Source: Dehalococcoidia bacterium
Lineage (GTDB): Bacteria; Chloroflexota; Dehalococcoidia; Lucifugimonadales; GCA-2712585
DNA: 64,000 bases
NCBI GenBank assembly: GCA_965221895.1
Contig: CBDCSX010000002.1
Location: 1,595,366 to 1,659,365 of the forward strand
Direction: 5' to 3'
How positions within the stretch are numbered: position 1 is the stretch's first letter; every line of letters starts with the position of its first letter. Below, piece after piece: positions 9,467 through 19,425 of the stretch. Below the pieces are notes generated by a model that had not been told where the DNA came from, did no database searches, and saw nothing but the letters and a program-made list of their open reading frames with translations. A program made the position numbers and the translations under genes.

Positions 9467-9742
9467 TTACGTCCTTGGTGCCGAAGTAGCGGCCAGTTTG
9501 CGACGAGCCTGGGCGAGATCATAGTGGGCTTGAAAGCGCATCCAGAAGTCGGCATCACTCCATCCGATGCGCTCCAATGCAAGTGCCACCGACGTCGAGA
9601 CGCCGCAACGACCATTTAGCAGGCGAGAAGCTGTGTTGCGACTAACTCCGAGGCGAGCAGCGAATTCGTTGACGCTCCAACCCATCTCCTCCACACTATC
9701 CCGAAGGCTTTCTCCGGGATGACTCGGATTATCTCGGCTCAT
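9467..9742 (-). CDS. higA: HigA-family antitoxin (XRE HTH)
   Basis: 'WSVNEFAARLGVSRNTASRLLNGR' HTH_XRE motif. ATGA overlap with the upstream higB. Confidence 0.75.
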   Translation of the reverse strand: MSRDNPSHPGESLRDSVEEMGWSVNEFAARLGVSRNTASRLLNGRCGVSTSVALALERIGWSDADFWMRFQAHYDLAQARRKLAATSAPRT

Positions 9743-10026
9743 AGTCTTACCTCCCAGTGATAATCTTCCAGGTTAATGCCCACGGCTTCACCGTGCACGA
9801 ACCGGAAGGTAATCCGCCAATTTCCACTCACTCGGACACTCCAAACATCCTTGCGATTGCCCTTTAATTGATGAAGGCGGTTGGCGGGCTGATCCATCTG
9901 GCTAGGGCGAACGGCGAAGAATAACTGGTCAAGGATTCGGCCAATTCTTCGCACATGGGCAGGATTGAGGCGGCGGGCGTCTCCTCGCTCCCAAAACCGC
10001 CGCAACCCCGAGTGCCTGAATTCCAC
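9739..10026 (-). CDS. higB: HigB toxin (RelE/ParE superfamily). The toxin-first gene order is typical of higBA.
   Basis: 'LKGNRKDVWSVRVSGNWRITFRF...EDYH' matches the HigB plasmid-killer family. Confidence 0.7.
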   Translation of the reverse strand: MEFRHSGLRRFWERGDARRLNPAHVRRIGRILDQLFFAVRPSQMDQPANRLHQLKGNRKDVWSVRVSGNWRITFRFVHGEAVGINLEDYHWEVRL

Positions 10027-10084
10027 GGACCTATAGTACCGTATGGCGGTACATGCTGCAAATTGTCAGCGGGCTGAGTGCGGT

Positions 10085-10930
10085 CTAACGAACGCCGCCG
10101 AGGACCACGTTGTCTATGAGACGAACGGAGCCTATCCACGCCGCTGTGGAGACCATGGCGCCTGCCGTGGCCGACTCCAACTCCTGCATCGAGTTGGAGT
10201 CGGCGATGCTGACGTAGTCGATACTTTGCACCAGCGGTTCGGCCTCCAAGATGGTGCGTGCACGTCGCTTCAGTTCGGCGGCGCGGGTTTCTCCGGCCAG
10301 CCATAGTTTCTCAGCCTGTCGCAAGGCGCGGTATAGCACTACGGCGGCGCGGCGCTCCGACGGGTCGAGGCGGCTGTTGCGGCTGCTGTAGGCCAACCCG
10401 TCGTCCTCCCGCACCGTTGGCGACACCACTATCTCCACGGGCAAATTGAGGTCTCTCACCATCGCCTTGACCACGGCGGCCTGCTGTCCGTCCTTCTGCC
10501 CGAAATAGGCGCGGGTGGGCGACGTGACGTTGAACAGTTTGGCTACAACCGTCGCGACGCCCTGAAAGTGCCCAGGGCGATGAGCGCCCTCCAATCGACG
10601 GGAAACCGCGCCAACCTCCACCCATGTGTCCATACACGGTGGGTACAACTCCGACGTCTCCGGGGCGAAGACTAAGTCCACCTTCTCATCCTTCAGGATG
10701 GCCAGGTCCCGGGCCAGATCCATAGGGTAGGCGCTGAGGTCTTCCTCTGGGCCGAATTGGGTGGGATTAACGAAGATGCTGACCACCACCGAGGCGTTCT
10801 CGCGCCGGGCCCTTTGCACCAGCGATAGATGTCCGGGGTGCAGGTAGCCCATGGTGGGCACAAGACCCACTGGGCGGGGTAGGCTCCTGCAGGCTTGGGC
10901 CATGTCCGAAACGGATCCGATGACGCGCAA
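10085..10930 (-). CDS. panC: Pantoate--beta-alanine ligase
   Basis: 'VPTMGYLHPGHLSLV' HIGH-class motif and length. Confidence 0.85.
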   Translation of the reverse strand: MRVIGSVSDMAQACRSLPRPVGLVPTMGYLHPGHLSLVQRARRENASVVVSIFVNPTQFGPEEDLSAYPMDLARDLAILKDEKVDLVFAPETSELYPPCMDTWVEVGAVSRRLEGAHRPGHFQGVATVVAKLFNVTSPTRAYFGQKDGQQAAVVKAMVRDLNLPVEIVVSPTVREDDGLAYSSRNSRLDPSERRAAVVLYRALRQAEKLWLAGETRAAELKRRARTILEAEPLVQSIDYVSIADSNSMQELESATAGAMVSTAAWIGSVRLIDNVVLGGVR

Positions 10931-10935
10931 CGATT

Positions 10936-11772
10936 TCAGTCTTCCAGGAGGTCTTGAAGCAGCGCCTCGTCCATGTCGAAGCTCTCCTTTGAGGTGGGAA
11001 AGACGCCGTCCCTCACCTCCTGGGCGTACCGTTCAAGGGCGGCGGCGATGGTCTCGGAAAGGTTGAGATACTGCCGGGTGTGCTTGGGGACAAAATCGTC
11101 GTAGAGGCCTAGAATGTCGTGGATGACCTGCACCTGGCCGTCGCAGTGCGGCCCGGCGCCGATGCCGATAGTCGGGATGGAGAGTTTCTGGGTGATGATG
11201 CGGGCCAAGGGCGCGGGCACAAGCTCCAGCACCAGGGAATAGGCTCCGGCTCCTTCCAATGCCCGTGCATCTTCGAGCAGCCGGACAGCCTCTCGCCTGG
11301 CCTTACCCTGAACCCGATACCCACCGAATTGGTGCACCGATTGGGGAGTGAGGCCCAGATGTCCCATGACGGGGATGCCCGCTTCGACTATTCGGCGCAC
11401 CTTCTCCACCGTGGGGCCGGCGCCCTCCAGCTTCACCGACTGCGCGCCTCCTTCCTGCACCAGCCTTCCGGCGTTCCTTACGGCATCCTCCATGCTTGTC
11501 TGGAAGCTCATGAAAGGCATATCCGTCACCACCAGCGGACGCTGCGCTCCCCTGACCACGGCCCTCGTATGCCGCACCATGTCTTCCATGGTCACCGGTA
11601 TGGTGGAGTCATAACCCAGGCAGACCATCCCCAGGCTATCGCCCACAAGGACGATAGGGAAGCCCGCCCGGTCCGCCAACCGGGCGAAGGTGTAGTCGTA
11701 AGCGGTGACTACGGGTATTCGCTGGCCCTTGGCCTTCATGAACCGTATGCGTCGGGCCGTCATTCTAGCCAT
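10936..11772 (-). CDS. panB: 3-methyl-2-oxobutanoate hydroxymethyltransferase. The start was trimmed to MARMTARR.
   Basis: 'VVTAYDYTFARLADRAGFPIVLVGDSLGMV' is the PanB signature. Confidence 0.85.
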   Translation of the reverse strand: MARMTARRIRFMKAKGQRIPVVTAYDYTFARLADRAGFPIVLVGDSLGMVCLGYDSTIPVTMEDMVRHTRAVVRGAQRPLVVTDMPFMSFQTSMEDAVRNAGRLVQEGGAQSVKLEGAGPTVEKVRRIVEAGIPVMGHLGLTPQSVHQFGGYRVQGKARREAVRLLEDARALEGAGAYSLVLELVPAPLARIITQKLSIPTIGIGAGPHCDGQVQVIHDILGLYDDFVPKHTRQYLNLSETIAAALERYAQEVRDGVFPTSKESFDMDEALLQDLLED

Positions 11773-12988
11773 GGGACCGGCCTCCATCGTTGTGCTTACG
11801 GCTAGATGCGGAAAGTTCATTCATCGGTTGAAGATCGTTGGCTTCGACAGGCGCCCACAGGCAGACAGCTTCTTCAAATTGGGTAAGCAGGCATTCTAAT
11901 TCACGCAGCTTCTTCTGGTCGAGGGCGGACGTCAGGGGGATTGATGCTCTTGTCAGTTCAATGTATAACGGAAGAACCTCGGGCGCACGGGCTTGTAAGG
12001 CCGCCAGATGTCGGCGCAGGGTGGCTACGTCTCCCCTCACTACGGGGCCGGTGATGGCCGCTTCGGGGCCGAGGGCTGCCGCGTTCTCGAGGGTGGTTCG
12101 AGCAAGAGGGATAATGGCTCGGAGAGCCGTTTCCTGGTCGACGCCCATCGCCTTCCAGAGGGCGACGGCGGAGCGGAGCAGAGCGACAAGGGCGCCGCAG
12201 CTCATGACCGCGGAGGCGTGATACAGGGGGCGGTCAGCCGGTTCAATTTCGATGGTCCGGCCACCCAGGTCTGACGCCATAGCGTCTAGAGTTTCCCGAA
12301 GCCAGCCACTTCCCTCCACGGCGAAGGTCACGCCTTCCAATCGGGCTTGTGCCACGGCAGCGGCGTCTTCGTCCGTCGGCAAGGAGGTGAATGTCTGAAG
12401 GGGATGGAAGGAGCCGCAAAGAGCGCCCGCAGTTGCGGCAGGGCTGAGAAGCTCCGACGTGCCCGCGCCGCTGCAGTGCGCCACACCCCGGCCTGCAGGC
12501 CAGTTTAGGGACGATGCCACCTGAGTGATTACGTCGTCAGGGACCGTCAAGAAGACGATGCGGCAGCGGTCCACTATCGCTTGGGGTTCAGTCTCCGCGC
12601 TGCATCCGGGAATCAGGCGGGCGAGACGAAGGGCCGAAGCGTAGGAGCGGCTGGCCACAGCCCCGACATTCCAACCAGCCGCGGATAGGGCCAGTGCCAA
12701 GGTAGTCCCCAGGGCGCCGGCGCCAATGAAACCGACAGCGGGGCGGTCATCCGAGCGACGCGTCAACGGGGTAGCGGCAGCTTCTTCGGGCGCAGCTTTG
12801 CTTACGGTTGCGCGGAAAGGCGTGGGATACGTGTGGGATTTCCCGTTGGCATCAGGGCGGACGGCAGGTTCGGCATCCGCAGACGAAGCAAACGGAGCGA
12901 TAGTTATAGAAGGGGAAAGTATTTCCAGCGTTGCCGTCTCGGTCCTCATGGGATCCCAGCGGCCTCCTGAACTCGTCGGAAGGCTCAC
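11765..12988 (-). CDS. Rossmann-fold/DUF2520 family oxidoreductase, a putative PanG-type ketopantoate reductase. The N-terminal ~90 residues of the ORF are probably not translated.
   Basis: 'VGFIGAGALGTTL' dinucleotide fold and a C-terminal DUF2520-like 'AITGPVVRGD' region. It overlaps the panB start by 8 bp, which is an operon-type arrangement. Confidence 0.55.
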   Translation of the reverse strand: MSLPTSSGGRWDPMRTETATLEILSPSITIAPFASSADAEPAVRPDANGKSHTYPTPFRATVSKAAPEEAAATPLTRRSDDRPAVGFIGAGALGTTLALALSAAGWNVGAVASRSYASALRLARLIPGCSAETEPQAIVDRCRIVFLTVPDDVITQVASSLNWPAGRGVAHCSGAGTSELLSPAATAGALCGSFHPLQTFTSLPTDEDAAAVAQARLEGVTFAVEGSGWLRETLDAMASDLGGRTIEIEPADRPLYHASAVMSCGALVALLRSAVALWKAMGVDQETALRAIIPLARTTLENAAALGPEAAITGPVVRGDVATLRRHLAALQARAPEVLPLYIELTRASIPLTSALDQKKLRELECLLTQFEEAVCLWAPVEANDLQPMNELSASSRKHNDGGRSHG

Positions 12989-13139
12989 CCCCCGAACGGG
13001 TGGATGGCGCGGTTATGATACCACCGCGGCGGTAAGCCTTCAACGTGGGGGTTCTCGACGGGGGCGACGAGGCCTTGGCCCAAATTGCGCTCCGAACGAG
13101 TACAGTTTCTTACTAATGTGTGAGCAATACAATAGGCTA

Positions 13140-13240
13140 TTTGTGTCACACGGCGGGGTTGCAGTTCTGAACTCCTATTTCGGGAGTGGGCCTCCGTGCC
13201 CTTTGAGTTCAGAACCGGATATGGCTGCTGTGTGACAACG
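13140..13240. promoter_or_regulatory. Nested inverted repeats upstream of the protease lipoprotein gene
   Basis: Outer arms 'tgtgtcacac'/'gtgtgacaac' and inner arms 'gttctgaactc'/'gagttcagaac' form a long imperfect hairpin. Confidence 0.25.
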
Positions 13241-13272
13241 TCGCCCAATCCCACAACAAGGGGGTTCCTGCT

Positions 13273-14822
13273 TTGTTACGGCTCGCTGGCGTACTATTTA
13301 TAGTAACCCTTTGTACCGTAGCCTGCATCACCGTAAACGCACCACCCCAAACCACGCAACCCACTCCGATGTATACACTAATGCCGACACCTGCGCTGGC
13401 AACCGCACCCACTGCCAGGACAACCCCCACTCCGACGGCTACGTCCACACCAACAGCGGCACCCACTGCGAGACCGACACCCTCACCGTCTGCTATCGCA
13501 CCATCGACGCCAACTCTCATTCCCGCACCTGCACTTGTTCACAACGTGGAAGATCTAGTGGCTCGGGTGAAACCGGCCGTCGTCAGGTTGAGCCAGGGAA
13601 GAAGCACGGGTTCGGCGTGTTCTATGAAATTGAAGGTATTCAACAAACACCGTATATTCTCACTAACTATCACGTGGTAGACGGGGCTACACAGGTTGAT
13701 GTGCTTTTGGAGAGTGGACAGACCTACATCGGAGAAGCAATCTGGACGGATTCACAGAGGGACTTGGCTATAGTGGACGTTACTTGCTGCTTGGTCCCCA
13801 CCGCGCGTCCACTAAGTATACCCTTGGCTGTTGATGCGCCGCGGGATGGAGCGGAGGTCATTGCCATGGGTTTTCCACTAGGATTCTATAGTGTTAGGAC
13901 TACGAGGGGCATTGTGGCTTCTAGTTGGTACGATACACAGTCCGATAGCTGGTGGATTCAATCCGATGCTGCTACCAATCCAGGCAACAGTGGAGGGCCT
14001 CTACTTAATGTAGACGGGGAAATTGTGGGCATCAGTACATCCAGGGAAGAAAGCAGCGCGTCGGGTCGGCCCGTGGAAGGAATCAACTACGCGGTCTCAA
14101 CCGTTACCATTCAAGAGGTTATTCCAAGCCACTCAGAGCTAAACGCAAAGCCCTCATCGGTTCCGACTCCAGTAGCGCGCGCAACTCCAAGGCCAACCCC
14201 TGCGCCTACACCAAAGCCAACAGAAACTCCAACTCCGGCACCAACAATAATTCCCACTCCAAGTCCAACGGCAATTCCTACCCCTGAAACACCTCCTCAT
14301 TCCTGTAGCTTGGCAGGAATAACACCGGCTTACACGATGCTGGACAATTATTCATACTTCGTTTCCGCTCACTTCATGGATATCAACCCGGCGGTGAAGC
14401 CGACACTTCTTAATTTGTTCCCGGAAGTAGCGGGGGCGTACATTGTTGAATTCATCGATGATCCCTTGAAATACGCTTCCTTCCGCGACTTTCTCCAACG
14501 GGTTAATTTTGTAACTGCCGCGGAGGCCAATCTTGAGGATGGCCTCCAAGCAATGCAGGATCGAGGCTTGTTGCCCAGCGCAGACGAGTCGCTGCAGGAA
14601 TACAATCAACGACTAGCCTTGGACCCATGTGCACTTGCCCGGATCTCCATTTTCCGGGACGATGACATTATGACAATACTTGCTGTTGGCGTTGCCAGGG
14701 AAGTTAGTACGGGCGTCGCGCAACGTTACGCGGTGGACGGTATGATAGATAGCATCAACGCTTACAGATGGGAAGATCCAACCACGCCGCTAATATACTT
14801 CGTTCTGCGATATATCGAGTAG
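13273..14822 (+). pseudogene. Lipoprotein S1-family (trypsin-like) serine protease with a Pro/Thr linker and a C-terminal domain, interrupted by a 1-nt frameshift near 13612
   Basis: Frame 1 gives the signal peptide with lipobox, a PT linker and 'VKPAVVRLSQGRSTGS'. Frame 0 continues 'GVFYEIEG..TNYHVVDG...NPGNSGGPL'. Adding one G at 'ggttcg(g)gcg' restores 'GSGVFYEIEG', which aligns with the paralog at 59753-62330. Confidence 0.6.
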
Positions 14823-14870
14823 TTGAAGAATCCCTGAGATTCTGCGGATTATCGCCATCGAGAAAGTCAG

Positions 14871-15332
14871 TTGTGGATCATACGGGCCAATGTCGCAAAA
14901 ATCGGTGAGAGATTAGGAATAGTAGAGATGAACACAGGAGAATTCGAATCTAGAGACAGACTGAAGTATGTAGATGCAATGTGGGATGAGACTCCACCAG
15001 CTTCGCCATCCGCTATTAGGCTATACGTGGACTGTGTAGCAGAGGCTGTTTCAAAATACGATAGAGTTTCGCCCGAAACCCGAACTATAGAGTTGTTCCT
15101 TAAGGCTTTTGCAAGATGTCTAGAATCTAGAACCGCGTCTCTTGGAAAAGTTCTGGATAGAAGAGATGTGGAAGATTGTAACCATTTGATTCGTGCAACC
15201 GGGGCTATGGTATTGGTTTACCGGCATAGAGATTTTTATGAGGCTGGAAGTCCGTTTCTAGATTGTGCGTTACCTAAACTGATGCCGGGAAAGGGTCCAT
15301 GCCCATATCATCAGCCAAAGAACCAAGAATAA
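14871..15332 (+). CDS. Hypothetical protein in a lower-GC islet
   Basis: Open reading frame with no recognisable motifs. Confidence 0.35.
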   Translation: MWIIRANVAKIGERLGIVEMNTGEFESRDRLKYVDAMWDETPPASPSAIRLYVDCVAEAVSKYDRVSPETRTIELFLKAFARCLESRTASLGKVLDRRDVEDCNHLIRATGAMVLVYRHRDFYEAGSPFLDCALPKLMPGKGPCPYHQPKNQE

Positions 15333-15502
15333 GCGTGTATCTAACAACGTGATTGTCCCCCTCGTTTGACCACCCATCCCCCTTGCCCTATTCTGGCCTT
15401 GAATGCTGCCCGGATTAATAACCCCACGGAGCAGGCCGTGGAGGTGTTCCTGGTGGGCACCCAAATTCTTGGGAGCGGCGGGAGACTGCCCACTTCATGT
15501 TC

Positions 15503-15531
15503 TTGACAGTGGTTTGATAGCTTCCTATAAT
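15503..15531 (+). promoter_or_regulatory. Near-consensus sigma70-type promoter TTGACA-17 nt-TATAAT upstream of the DUF1800/DUF1501 pair
   Basis: Read directly: ttgaca(15503-15508), a 17-nt spacer, then tataat(15526-15531), ~85 bp upstream of the start at 15616. Confidence 0.55.
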
Positions 15532-15615
15532 TGCGTCACCTCTATTTGACCTCGGCGAAAGCTGCGGGCTGTTAGGGGCGCATGTAGTTTGTAGATTATA
15601 GAAAGGAGTGGCTTA

Positions 15616-17031
15616 ATGGCAAATAAGGACATCGCATTGATGGCCCACCTGATGCGCCGCGCCGGTTTCGGAGCCACCTACGACGAGCTTGAAGCAAGAG
15701 CCGCCAAGGGCTACGAAGCCACCGTGGAAGAGCTGGTGGACCCCGACGCCCACGGTGTGTCGGAGTACGACGAGTTGACTTTGGCTCGGTACTTCCCAGA
15801 CATGGAAGTTCCTTCCGCTCCCGCCATGGGCACCGCCAACTTCATGTACCACCTGTACACAACCCCTCGTCCCCTGGTGGAAAAGATGACCCTCTTCTGG
15901 CACATGGTCTTCGCCACCGGCAACTCCAAGGTGGACAACCCACCGGAGATGCTCCAGCAGATTGAGATGTTCCGCCAGCACGGAATGGGGGACTACAAGG
16001 AACTGCTGGTTCGCGTTTCCAAAGACCCCTCCATGATATTCTGGCTGGACAACAACGAGAACCACAAGCGCGCCCCCAACGAGAACTGGGGCCGCGAGCT
16101 CTTGGAGCTTTTCTCCATGGGGCAGGGCAACTATTCCGAAGACGACGTCAAGATGGCTGCCCGGGCCTTCACCGGCTGGACCATCCTTCCCAAGATTCCG
16201 CGCACTCCCTATCAGCGCCACCACTGGAAATTCATCTACAAGGCGGAGGACCACGACCATAGTGAAAAGACCTTCCTGGGCCACACCGGCCGCTTCAACG
16301 GGGAGGACATCATAGACCTCATCGTGCAGCAGCCGGCCACCGCCAATTTCATGGCCCGTCATCTGTACAACTTCTTCGTCGCCGACGAAGTCCAGGTACC
16401 CAGCTGGCTCGACGTGCCCCCCAAGGACCCCGAGGCCGTTCAAGCCATCGCAAAAACTTTTATCGATTCCGACTACGACATTAGGACTACCCTGCGCTTC
16501 ATCTTCAAGTCCGACTTCTTCAAGGACGAGAGCGTATGGTTCGCCAAGGTGAAGAACCCCGCCGAGGTGGTAGCAGGCACGATTCGCCTGGTCGGAGACT
16601 TTCAGGAACCCCGCCCCGGAGTGCTTAACATCGGACTAGAAGGCACCTACCAGGGGCAGGACCTGATCAATCCCCCCAGCGTCGAGGGCTGGCATACGGG
16701 TCAGGAGTGGATAGACACCGGCTCCCTGGTTCGCCGCGTCAACTTCGTCGCCGACAGCTTCAGCAACACTGACATGCCCGGCGTCAAGTTCATCATCAAC
16801 CGGCTGGGCGCCAGCGATACCCTCACCCCCGAGGAGCTCGTGGACGGCTGCCTGGAACTCTTGGGCGCCGTTCAGATAAACGACGAGACCCGCGAACAGC
16901 TCCTCACCCACGTCCGGGCCGACGGCGACATTAGCCGCGGCTCCACGGAGGAAGAGACCAGGACTTTCGGCAAGAGAGTAACGGAAGTACTGCAACTAAT
17001 AGCCGCAACCAGGGAGTACCAGTTCGGCTAG
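15616..17031 (+). CDS. DUF1800 family protein
   Basis: N-terminal 'HLMRRAGFGATYDEL' and overall DUF1800 length, paired with DUF1501 downstream. Confidence 0.75.
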   Translation: MANKDIALMAHLMRRAGFGATYDELEARAAKGYEATVEELVDPDAHGVSEYDELTLARYFPDMEVPSAPAMGTANFMYHLYTTPRPLVEKMTLFWHMVFATGNSKVDNPPEMLQQIEMFRQHGMGDYKELLVRVSKDPSMIFWLDNNENHKRAPNENWGRELLELFSMGQGNYSEDDVKMAARAFTGWTILPKIPRTPYQRHHWKFIYKAEDHDHSEKTFLGHTGRFNGEDIIDLIVQQPATANFMARHLYNFFVADEVQVPSWLDVPPKDPEAVQAIAKTFIDSDYDIRTTLRFIFKSDFFKDESVWFAKVKNPAEVVAGTIRLVGDFQEPRPGVLNIGLEGTYQGQDLINPPSVEGWHTGQEWIDTGSLVRRVNFVADSFSNTDMPGVKFIINRLGASDTLTPEELVDGCLELLGAVQINDETREQLLTHVRADGDISRGSTEEETRTFGKRVTEVLQLIAATREYQFG

Positions 17032-17083
17032 GCGATTGGAAAGCTTAAGATGAACCTTAACCCCAATGAAAGGAGCAAACGTC

Positions 17084-18208
17084 ATGGCTAAAGATCCAGT
17101 CTTGGTAATTTTTCAGCTAACCGGAGGTAACGATTACCTCAACACCATTGTCCCCCGACAGGAACCCCTTTACAGGGACTACCGTAAGATGGTGGTCATC
17201 CCGGAGGGTGACGAGATACCCATCGACGACAACTATGGCTTCCACCCGGAGATGGCCCCGATAAAGCAGTTCTGGGATGAGGGCAAGATGGCTCTCATTC
17301 ACGGAATCGGATACGACAACTCCCCCAGGTCCCACTTCCGCTCAATGGACATCTGGCACACCTGCGAGCCGGACAAGGTAGGCACTGAGGGTTGGGTGGG
17401 TCGCTCCATCCAAGCCGTAGACCCCAACAAGGAGAACGTCCTCACGGGCGTGAACTTTGGCCAGGGTCTTCCGCGGGCCATGGCCCTTCCCGGCGTACCC
17501 GTAGCGTCCGTTTCCGACATCGAGAACTACGGCGTGCTCACGGGCATCACGGACCAGGACCAGCGCATGCGCGCCCTGGACCGCTTCCAGCGGATCTACT
17601 CGCCCGCTATCGGCCGCGGCCCCGTCATGGACTATCTGGGACAGACGGGTCTGGACGCCCTCAAGGGCGCCGACATTCTGAAGACCGCGCCGGAACAGTA
17701 CAGTTCCTCCGTGGAATACGCCGCGACCCCCATCGCTCAGAAGCTCCGTGGCATCTCCATGGTGCACCAGGCAAACCTGGGGACCCGTTTCTTCTACACC
17801 CAGCACGCCAGCTTCGACACCCACGCCAGCCAGATGCCCGGCCACCATCAGCTCTGGAAGGACTGCTCCGCGGCAATCTCGGACTTCTTCGCCGACCTGC
17901 GCGAGCACGACGCCGCTGACAACGTTGTTCTCATCATGTTCAGCGAGTTCGGTCGCCGCGTCCGAGACAACGGCTCCGGCACCGACCACGGCGCCGGCGG
18001 AGTCGCCTTCGCAATCGGCGATCCCGTCGTGGGCGGTCACTTCTCCGAGTACCCCTCGATGAACGAGGCGGACCTACAGGAGGGCGACCTGGCCCCCAAC
18101 TACGACTTCCGTGGCTTCTACTCCAGCCTGCTGGAACAGTACATGGGTCTTGACCCGACGGAAATCGTCGGCGGCACCTTCGAGCAGCTCGACTTTATCG
18201 CAAAGTAA
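17084..18208 (+). CDS. DUF1501 family protein (sulfatase-like fold)
   Basis: 'VLVIFQLTGGNDYLNTIVP' is a DUF1501 N-terminus. The ATG at 17084 has an AAAGGAG RBS. Confidence 0.75.
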   Translation: MAKDPVLVIFQLTGGNDYLNTIVPRQEPLYRDYRKMVVIPEGDEIPIDDNYGFHPEMAPIKQFWDEGKMALIHGIGYDNSPRSHFRSMDIWHTCEPDKVGTEGWVGRSIQAVDPNKENVLTGVNFGQGLPRAMALPGVPVASVSDIENYGVLTGITDQDQRMRALDRFQRIYSPAIGRGPVMDYLGQTGLDALKGADILKTAPEQYSSSVEYAATPIAQKLRGISMVHQANLGTRFFYTQHASFDTHASQMPGHHQLWKDCSAAISDFFADLREHDAADNVVLIMFSEFGRRVRDNGSGTDHGAGGVAFAIGDPVVGGHFSEYPSMNEADLQEGDLAPNYDFRGFYSSLLEQYMGLDPTEIVGGTFEQLDFIAK

Positions 18209-18252
18209 GCTCTCTTTGCCAAGGGACCCCTTAGGTATCCGGTAACAAACGA

Positions 18253-18300
18253 CGGGCCACCCCGCCATGGGGTGGCCCGTCGCCATTTTTCATGAAATCC
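18253..18300 (+). terminator. Rho-independent terminator
   Basis: 13-bp perfect stem 'gacgggccacccc'/'ggggtggcccgtc' followed by a T-run 'ccatttttcatg'. Confidence 0.7.
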
Positions 18301-18316
18301 ACTTGAGGGAGCAAAC

Positions 18317-19321
18317 ATGCCAATAACGCAAATAGCCACCGGCCGGGCCTTCAGCTACATGGACAACATCGGTCAAATCGGCACCTCCGGCCCCAGCCTC
18401 CGCCATCCCGTGGGGCTAGCTCGCGGCGCCAACGACGTTCTATACGTGGCCAACTGGGGCACGGAATCCCAAGGCGGCGCCAGAATCACCAAGTGCGTCA
18501 TGTCAACCCAGGAGTGGCTGGCGGACATCGGACAGCACGGCTCCGGGGACGGGGAGTTCATCTGGCCCGGGGGTCTCGTCGCAGACTCTGACGAGAACCT
18601 TTATCTAACGGACCAGGCGGACAGCAAGGTTGTCATCTTCGACAAGGAGGGCGGGTTCATCGCCAAGTGGGGGGAGGAAGGCTCCGGGGAGGGCCAGATG
18701 TTTAGGCCCAGCGGCATAGCCTTAGGCTCCCAGGGGAACCTGCTCATCTCCGATACTCGCAACCACCGCATCCAGAAGTTCACCAAGGACGGACAGTTCC
18801 TGGGGTCCTTCGGCTCATACGGCTCCGGCGAGGGCGAGTTCGACCTGCCCTGGGGTCTGGACGTGGACGCCGACGACAACGTCTACGTTGCCGATTGGGG
18901 CAACAACCGTGTCCAGAAGCTCTCGGCGTCAGGGGAGCACCTTCAGACGTTCGGCGAATCCAGCGACCAGGTGCAGCTAAACCACCCCAGCGACGTTTCC
19001 GTGGACAAGGACGGGGACGTGTTCGTAGCCGATTGGGCCAACAACCGGGCGATAGTCTACCAGCCCGACGGCACGTTCCTGGTCACGCTGATTGGGGACG
19101 CCACCAACCTTTCCGAGTGGGCCAAGTCGAAGGTCGCTGCCAACCCGGACCTGGCCAAGGCCAGAATGCGGGCCGACCTTGAGCCAGAATGGCGCCTCTG
19201 GCATCCCGCCGCCATTCTGGTGGACGACGACTACAACATCCTCATCGCCGAGGCCCAACACATGAGGGTGCAGATCTATCAGAAGGACCCCGACTATTTT
19301 GAAGCACAGTTTACGCTGTAG
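18317..19321 (+). CDS. NHL-repeat beta-propeller protein
   Basis: Repeated 'xxGxGxGEGxFxxPxGIAxDxxGNxYVADxxNNRVQKF' blocks. Confidence 0.75.
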   Translation: MPITQIATGRAFSYMDNIGQIGTSGPSLRHPVGLARGANDVLYVANWGTESQGGARITKCVMSTQEWLADIGQHGSGDGEFIWPGGLVADSDENLYLTDQADSKVVIFDKEGGFIAKWGEEGSGEGQMFRPSGIALGSQGNLLISDTRNHRIQKFTKDGQFLGSFGSYGSGEGEFDLPWGLDVDADDNVYVADWGNNRVQKLSASGEHLQTFGESSDQVQLNHPSDVSVDKDGDVFVADWANNRAIVYQPDGTFLVTLIGDATNLSEWAKSKVAANPDLAKARMRADLEPEWRLWHPAAILVDDDYNILIAEAQHMRVQIYQKDPDYFEAQFTL

Positions 19322-19344
19322 GCGAACACAAACTGCAAGAAACG

Positions 19345-19385
19345 AAGAAGGGGCGGTCGGGTGGGCCGCCCCTTCTTTGCTTTAG
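19345..19385. terminator. Bidirectional terminator hairpin between the NHL gene (+) and fic (-)
   Basis: 'gggcggtcgggtgggccgccc' stem-loop followed by CTTCTTTGCTTT. Confidence 0.55.
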
Positions 19386-19425
19386 CTTCTCAAGAATCAG
19401 ATCGGGGTGCCATGTCATCCTCCGC

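Noticed and set aside
15613-16443. 276-aa minus-strand ORF
   Set aside because: It is antisense to the DUF1800 gene, and its Gly/Val-rich translation is typical of reverse-frame artefacts.
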